From: Camelus dromedarius
Taxonomy: Eukaryota
Assembly: GCF_036321535.1 (NCBI RefSeq)
Contig: NC_087436.1
Coordinates: 49,912,001-49,976,000, forward strand
Length of the DNA stretch: 64,000 nucleotides
Reading direction: 5' to 3'
Positions 57,520-64,000 of this stretch are shown piece after piece (the stretch's first letter is position 1; the number at the start of each line of letters is the position of its first letter). The notes beneath the pieces are model-generated. The model saw only the letters and a program-made list of their open reading frames with translations, had not been told where the DNA came from and did not search any database. The translations under genes and the position numbers were made by a program.

Positions 57520-59090
57520 TTTAGGTATAAACCGGGATATTGATTTAGACCCTCACTTAGACTGTCCATGAGGGGAAAAGATATACTGTTCATATTGTAC
57601 ATAAGGTTTTTCATTAGGTAGCTAGTGTGTTTGGTGGGTTCTGGGCTGGAGATTTCATTTGGAAGTAGCAGCATGGAAGGTGGTATTTAAAGTCACAGCT
57701 ATGGGGCAGCTGAGTGAATAAAGACTCAAGGTCGTAGGTAGAGGACAAGGACACAAACATCAACTTTTAAAAAGCTGACAAGAAAAGCAGATTCTGCGTG
57801 GAGAGGTCTGAGGGAGAGTCAAAACAAAAGAAACAATTCTGAAGATGATTTTTCATAAGAGTCGTCAGTGAAGAGTTTAAAAAGTAAAGAAATAAGCAAC
57901 AGTGGTAAATGGCACCAAGATATTCAATGAAGTTAATCCTTGAGAAGTGCTCATGAATTTAGAATTAAGTCGTGAATCAGCTTATCAATTTAAAGTAGTG
58001 AAGGTAAAAGCGAAATGGTGATGTGTTTAATAGGAGGTGCGGGTTAAGAATGAAGATGATGAGGTTTTAGTGACTTAAAAAACAAACAAACAAACAATAA
58101 CAGTGTAGAGCTATTGAGCATGCTGTGTTTGTTTAGTGTTTATCTTAGGTATTTATGAGTTTCTGTGAAATGGAAAAGCCTTGTGCATGTCTAAATGGTT
58201 AGAAGGGGTCAGTACATAATAATAAATTAAAGATTCAAGAAAAAGTTGGGAGAAATAAGGAACAAAGTCCTCAAGACAGAGAATGAAGAAAATAGAGCAA
58301 AGTGGGCCTAGGAGAGCGAGAGAGACACATTTTCATCTGAAACTGTCAGAAGAAGGTAAAGATAGGAGTGATGAGAAACACAGTGGAGGCAAATGAGAAC
58401 CCGAAAGAGTCAAAGGCAATAGCCTTGATTTTTCTGTGTGGAGTAAAGTAATAAAGTCCAATAACTGAGAAGGAGACAGAAAAGAAGGATTTAGAGGTTA
58501 GGGAAATACGAGTTTCAAATAGATTTTGAGGGAGGTGTTGATCATTAAGCATACGTAATAAGACTGCAGGAGAGTATGGAGGGCGCAGCTATGAGTAAAT
58601 CGTAAATCTCTACTGGCACAAATCTGTACTGTTAGGAGATTTCTTTTTGCAACATTCATCAGGAAGGTATAGGTGTTGAGACATCATATATTGAAAATTA
58701 TCCATGATTGGGCATTTGGAAAGTATGCGAAATCAAAGAGCAATGAGTAGAGGAAGGAGGGTGAGACTAATATATGATCATTGAAATGATGTTCCAAAAA
58801 CTGCCAGTGTTATACTGACGGAATCAAACCTACAAGGGAGCTGGTGAAAATGGACATCAGTGACTGAAGCTCACTCTAGAGGGAGGGACAGGTCTTATGG
58901 AAATGAGTAAGAATACCAGAAGGATAAGAAATCATATTCAGAAATAAGATACTGGAATGTATACCTCAAAAGCAGAAAAGCTCTGGGCAATGACAAGGAC
59001 CAAATTGTAGCTAAAACCATCAGTGGATGATGTAAATGCTAGTAAATGTAGATAGAGATCATTACATCAAGAAAATGTGTGGCTACAGTG
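57520..59090 (-). mobile_element. Degraded LINE-2 ORF2 region
   Basis: Long purine-rich tract with L2-like phrases ('gggctggagatttcatttggaagtagcagcat', 'gccttgatttttctgtgtggagta'). Confidence 0.55.
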
Positions 59091-59107
59091 ATAAAGTTGC
59101 CATCTAC

Positions 59108-59510
59108 TGTAGCTGACACTGCCTGCCCTGCCCCTCTCCTTCATCAGGACCAATTACCAGTTTTACTTCTAACTGCCAACCCCTGTGCTTTTTTTTTGGC
59201 CTGAGGCCACCCCTAGCTTTTGCAGCCTGCTTTGCTATCTCTGAGGTAGGATGAAAATGCTGGGAAATTAATGCCCTCCCTTCTCCACAGAGCTCTTAAC
59301 CAACAAGGAACCAGCTCCCTCACCCCTCGAGTGGTGTTAAGGCTCAGTGTGTGTTTTGCCCTGGTTCCCAGAATGCCTTCAGTGGAATTAAGTTTCAGTA
59401 TTAAGTATTCAGTGGTGGTAGCTAGCTTGTAAACACTCCTTTTACTCTTTCCATTCTCTCCTTTGTCTACCTTGTAACTTTAAACTCAAATTCTTGTCCT
59501 AAGGTTCTAC
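59108..59510 (+). mobile_element. LTR33-like ERVL solo LTR
   Basis: 'ctaactgccaacccctg', 'gggaaattaatgccc', 'ccagctccctcacccctc', 'cagtggaattaagtttcagt...cagtggt'. Confidence 0.7.
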
Positions 59511-60363
59511 TTTTTCTACTTATACTATGATGTTCATACAGCTCTTGAAGTTCCTTACAGCGATGCCAGGAGTGGGAGGGTGGAAGCGGGAGACAAAGAG
59601 AAAGTCAGAAGGTGACTTCACTAAAGAGGATTAAATTATACGTATTTATGATTTTATTATTTATACTTATATTTCAATTTATATTCATACACATGGGTGG
59701 AAATAGAACAACTTAAAACCAAAAGAAGACCAGAAAGAGTAGATGACACAGACTCTTCCTAGTGACCCCAATGTGTGATAAACCTCCACAGAGAAGACCC
59801 GAGGAAACAGAGCACAGGGAACAAGTCCACAGTAGTTCAACACACATTTATTGATACCTATTATGGGCTAGAAATAGATTAGGTGTCAGAGACACAAGTA
59901 AGGTGCCATTTATAACCTTAACATGTTTGATGCTATTTTGGGATTAAATCTATAATCAGAAAATTGTAATGCAATTGGAAAGCGCTGACTAAAATATACA
60001 CAGGGTATTGTAGGCGTAAATGGGAAAGACACCTTAAGGTCTAGATAAGCAGAGAAAGCTTTGTGAGGGAGATGACCTCTGAACTCAGCTTTAAAATTAA
60101 GTAGATGTTAATAGGCAAAAGAACAGAGGTAAAGAAGATAAATATTTTAGGAAGAAGGTATGGAAGATATGTGTAAGAAATTACAAGAACCTGAGTGCTT
60201 TTGGAACTTAGAGGAAAAGAAAAAGTATGTTGGAGAGCTAGGCAAGAGACAGATCATTCCTTTTATGCTGGCCCTTGGAAATCTATTCTCAGGCAATGGA
60301 GTGTCACTGGGGAATTTTGAATTAACAAAAAAGTTTGCCATCACCTGTACTAGAGCATAGAAT

Positions 60364-60404
60364 TGTGTGTGTGTGTGTTTGTGTGTACACGTGTGTGTGT
60401 GTGT
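60364..60404 (+). repeat. (TG)n microsatellite, interrupted
   Basis: Visible directly in sequence. Confidence 0.9.
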
Positions 60405-60819
60405 GATTGAGAGAATTACACAAAATAAATTAACACAAAAATAAATTCATAAATCAGAAAAATAGAGATTGATAAAGAATTTATATTTAATAGTGTGATA
60501 AAATAGGGACAATTTCTTCAAATGTGTTGGTTTAGTAAACTACCTCTGAAAAAGCAGAATTTAAAGTGAGATTTAAACAATAAGAAGGAGCCAGCTATGT
60601 GAAGATAGAGTAGGGCATACAACCAGGAAAACAGCTAGTGCAGATGGTGGAGGGCCGAGGGTGGATTGTGTTTGTCCTGCCTGAAGAATAGATGGAAAGA
60701 TGATGTGGCTGGGTTAGTAGTGTGGAGGGGTAGAATCTGGAGTTAGTGAGAGAATCCTAAATAGAGTAAGGTTTTAGAAGCTGGAGTAAAAACTTTATAT
60801 TTTATTCTAATGCAAGGTA

Positions 60820-61327
60820 TGTGAGGCAGAATAATGGACCCTCAAAGAAGTTCACATCCTAATCCCTGCAGACTGGAATATGTTAACATTTCATAGCAAA
60901 GGGAATTAAGGTTGCAGATGGAATTGAGGTTGCCAATCAGCTGACCTTGAGATAGGGCAATAATCCTGCATTATGTGGTATAATCACCAGCATCCTTGAA
61001 AGTGGAAGAGGGAGGCAGAAGGAGAGAGACAGAGGGAGATATGGCTATGAAAAAAAGGCACAAAGAGACACAAAACTGATGACTCTGAACATGGAGGAAG
61101 AGGCCATGAACCAAAGAATGAGGATGGCCTTGAGAAGAGAGAAGGGGTGAGGAAACAGAGATCCTTCTGAGCCTCCAGACAAGAAGGTAGCCCTGCCTAT
61201 ATTTTGATTTAATCTGGGGAGATTGGTGTTAAGACTTCTCACCCAGAACAGTAAGATAATACATTTGTGCTGTTTTAATCCACTAAGTTTGTGATTGTTT
61301 ATTATAGCAGCAATAGAAACTAATGCA
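60820..61327 (+). mobile_element. MLT1D MaLR solo LTR
   Basis: TGTGAGGCAGAATAATGG start; 'aattaaggttgcagatggaattgaggttgccaatcagctgaccttgagataggg'; ends 'gcagcaatagaaactaatgca'. Confidence 0.92.
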
Positions 61328-62419
61328 CAAAACATTGGGGGTTGGCAAGTAAGGGGATTGCAATAACTGCATAAGATTTTAAAGCTCTGTCGTTTCTGTG
61401 TGGACAGTGGCTTATGGTGCAAGAATAACAAAATTAGTCTGTTATAAGTTAATTACAGTAATTTAAATGAAAGATGATGGTAGCTTGCACAAAAGTATTA
61501 GTAGTAGATACAAAATGAGGTAAATGGGCTTGGGGTTTTTTTGGGGGGAATTAAAACAACAGAAATTGTTCATTAATTGGCTTTAGGGAGTGATATAAAG
61601 ATAACTGTCAAGGAAAATGCATAAATGTTAACCTTGCACAACTGGGCTGGTTTTGATGCCACTCACAGAGCTAGAGAAGAGTGAAAATAGATTTGATGGG
61701 GTAAATAAGGACTTTTGAGACCATGATGCTAGTTTACATCCCTGTGGTTATGTCAGGTAATGAGTTGGATCTGTAAATTTCTGAAGTTCTAGGGAGAGCT
61801 CAGATTTGTAGGTTTAGATTTGGGAATTGTTAAGTATGGAGATGCTCTTCAAATCCACAGGTCTAGATTCAGTCATCAAGCGAGGCTACATCTCAAGAGA
61901 AAAAGAGACACAGCCATGGGGCACTGCAAAAATGAAGAGTAAAAGAAGAAAATGAAGAACCAAGAAAGAGTGGTCAGGGACGGAGGAAGACAATCAGAGT
62001 GACATGATATGACAGAACAAGACCAAAGGACAGAGTGTTTCTGGAAGAACAGGTCTCAGATACATTTGAGAGGATAATAAGATGAGTTAAAAACATGAGA
62101 TTTGGCAGAACGGAGGTAAGTAGGAATCTTGGCAAAGTCTCAGTGAAGTGGGGCCAGTGAAAACCCAATTGAAGTGAGCTGCAGTTAGACTGAGAAACCA
62201 GGAAGTGTAGACAGTGATTTCATGGTAAACATTTTATAAAGTTTGCTGTAAAGGGAAACATCAGAAAGGAGTAGAAACTATAGTTAGATGTTTTCCTTGT
62301 CAACAAAAGAACTCTCCAATAACACAAAGTGCACACTTTACGTATTACTTTTCTTTCTGCCCCCTTATCCTGAAACACAGTCCTTAACTACCGTCCACTT
62401 CAAGTACATTTATTCACTA

Positions 62420-62510
62420 TTGTCATTTATTTACCTACTCATTAATTCCCAATAAATGTTTGTTGAAGACCTACAAAGTAGAAGACACTGAGATGCCATG
62501 TGGAGAGGGG
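62420..62510 (-). mobile_element. LINE-2 3' tail
   Basis: 'cattaattcccaataaatgtttgttgaagacctac'. Confidence 0.5.
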
Positions 62511-64000
62511 TCAGATCTGTAAGTTTAGATTTGTTATAAGTATAAATAAGACCTACTAGATATAAAAGATGTAGATGGCATCTGGCATCTAAGAATTATT
62601 CTAATTTAGTAGTTTCTCTTAGATTGCAATTCTTCATATATTAAAAAAAATTAATTGCCCTGAACCATTGTCAGGAAGCATTAATGGCACTATTCAAAAT
62701 TACCCAATGGTCTTTAAAGCTATTTCCTTTTAATGGACTACTATATCACTTTTTAACCCATATTTTGTATTTTCATATCTCAGTGCTGTATCTTTTCCTT
62801 AAAAACACTTTTTTTTTTTTGGTGTCAGTTCCATTCATAGAAATAGAAGCCACAGAAATTTAAAGCCTTGGTCAATATTTTACTACTTTCAGAAGTCTTC
62901 TGTAAAGTCGACTATCCAGCCAGAAGGAATTTCTTCACTTTGAATTATTTTGTCAGTTCTAGTTATGTTTGGGTGTATGGGTTTATCATATTGCTTTACC
63001 TTGCCTGCAGGAGAGGGTCTCATGCCTTACTCTTCACTGTGTTCTCAAAAATATCTTTTCAGAGTGCTTAAACTTAGTAACTTTTAATGAATATACGTTG
63101 AATAGATATTCTGCAGTGCTTCATGAAATAATTAGGGAACAACAGCACAAAACTGAGCTCTTGACGTGCTAAAATGACTGATTCAGCCCATATTCTAGCT
63201 GCTGTATTTACTAGTGGTTACAAACAAACAAATCCCTCCAAATCTAACTTAATGAAACAAGATCCTACAAATTCTCTAAGGCATTTATTATTGATGTGTT
63301 ATTCTTTGAATGCTATCTGCTTCTCTTTGGCATTCATTTGATAGAAGAAATAGTGAGTTCATTTTGTAGTGAATTCAGATAGTTCCATTCAAACAGGCCT
63401 TTTGTTAACCTCATTACAGTCAAATGACATTACAGGTACTGAATGCTGAACTTTGAGAACTTACATTAAATAGGAAAATGCTTAGTCAGCAAGGTCTTTT
63501 ATCAGCAATTGATTATTTTAGGCATTGAAATATGAAAGTTACACTTACAGTTAGGGAAAAAACATAGTTCCCCTTCCAAAAAATGCTTTAAATTGAAATA
63601 ATTCTGTATTTCATTTTGGAGGAAATTGTAAAAGATCAGACTTTTTTCCCACAGGAGTTTTAGTACTTCCAAGTTTGGGTTTAAGTTATAAATATCTCAG
63701 AAACTGCCTTACTCATGGTGTTTCAAATTATTCCCAGTTGTACCTCTTACCGAAACAAAGATGCATGACTGTACCCGTGTATAGTGAAGGGGGGGGAATC
63801 TCTCCAACTCTCTGAAAAGGTTATATCTAGTTCAAATTTGGATCTGGCCTTTCTGTGAGCTAAACCAGGTTTTGGATAATTACAAAAAGAAAAGGATTTG
63901 ATGCTATCCTTGCCTGGTGTGTGCATTTGATTTTATCTGAAATTGATCTCGTAGGTTATGGACTTTTTGGGGGTATCTATCCAAATACACAAAAGCATCA

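Larger units (their letters stand above)
59830..62250 (-). mobile_element. LINE-2 fragments, interrupted by MLT1D
   Basis: 'ttcaacacacatttattgatacctatt', 'agaaggagccagctatgtgaagat', 'agatgatggtagcttgcac', 'gagatttggcaga..ggaggt'. Confidence 0.75.

Noticed and set aside
1..64000. CRISPR array, operon, prophage or other prokaryote-like system
   Set aside because: No regularly spaced repeat-spacer array or gene-dense segment; the composition and repeats are eutherian throughout.

Overview
AT-rich, CpG-depleted mammalian intergenic or deep-intronic DNA. It is most likely camelid (alpaca, llama or camel), because three tRNA-Ala-derived SINEs match the Vic-1 family as I recall it, and I saw no Alu, Bov-tA/BovB or PRE-1. 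I found no supportable host protein-coding exon, rRNA or CRISPR array. The ORF track consists of chance ORFs and decayed L1 ORF1/ORF2 or ERVL remnants. Much of the window is fossil transposons: old and lineage-young L1, L2, MIR, MaLR/ERVL LTRs, an ERVL dUTPase remnant and hAT MITEs. Repeat family names come from remembered consensus sequences, not from a search, and most boundaries are approximate. The most interesting non-repeat signals are (i) a homeodomain/TALE-motif-dense, enhancer-like island at about 4.2-5.0 kb, (ii) a small CpG/NRF1-like promoter candidate at about 37.8-38.0 kb, and (iii) two unexplained hairpins at 41.8 kb and 45.8 kb. The most interesting rearrangement signals are a templated-insertion scar near 0.1 kb, an inverted L1 with apparent 3' transduction at 15.2-15.7 kb, and a SINE copy whose near-intact tRNA cloverleaf is followed by a Pol III terminator. 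I cannot support a claim of a new multi-gene system here.
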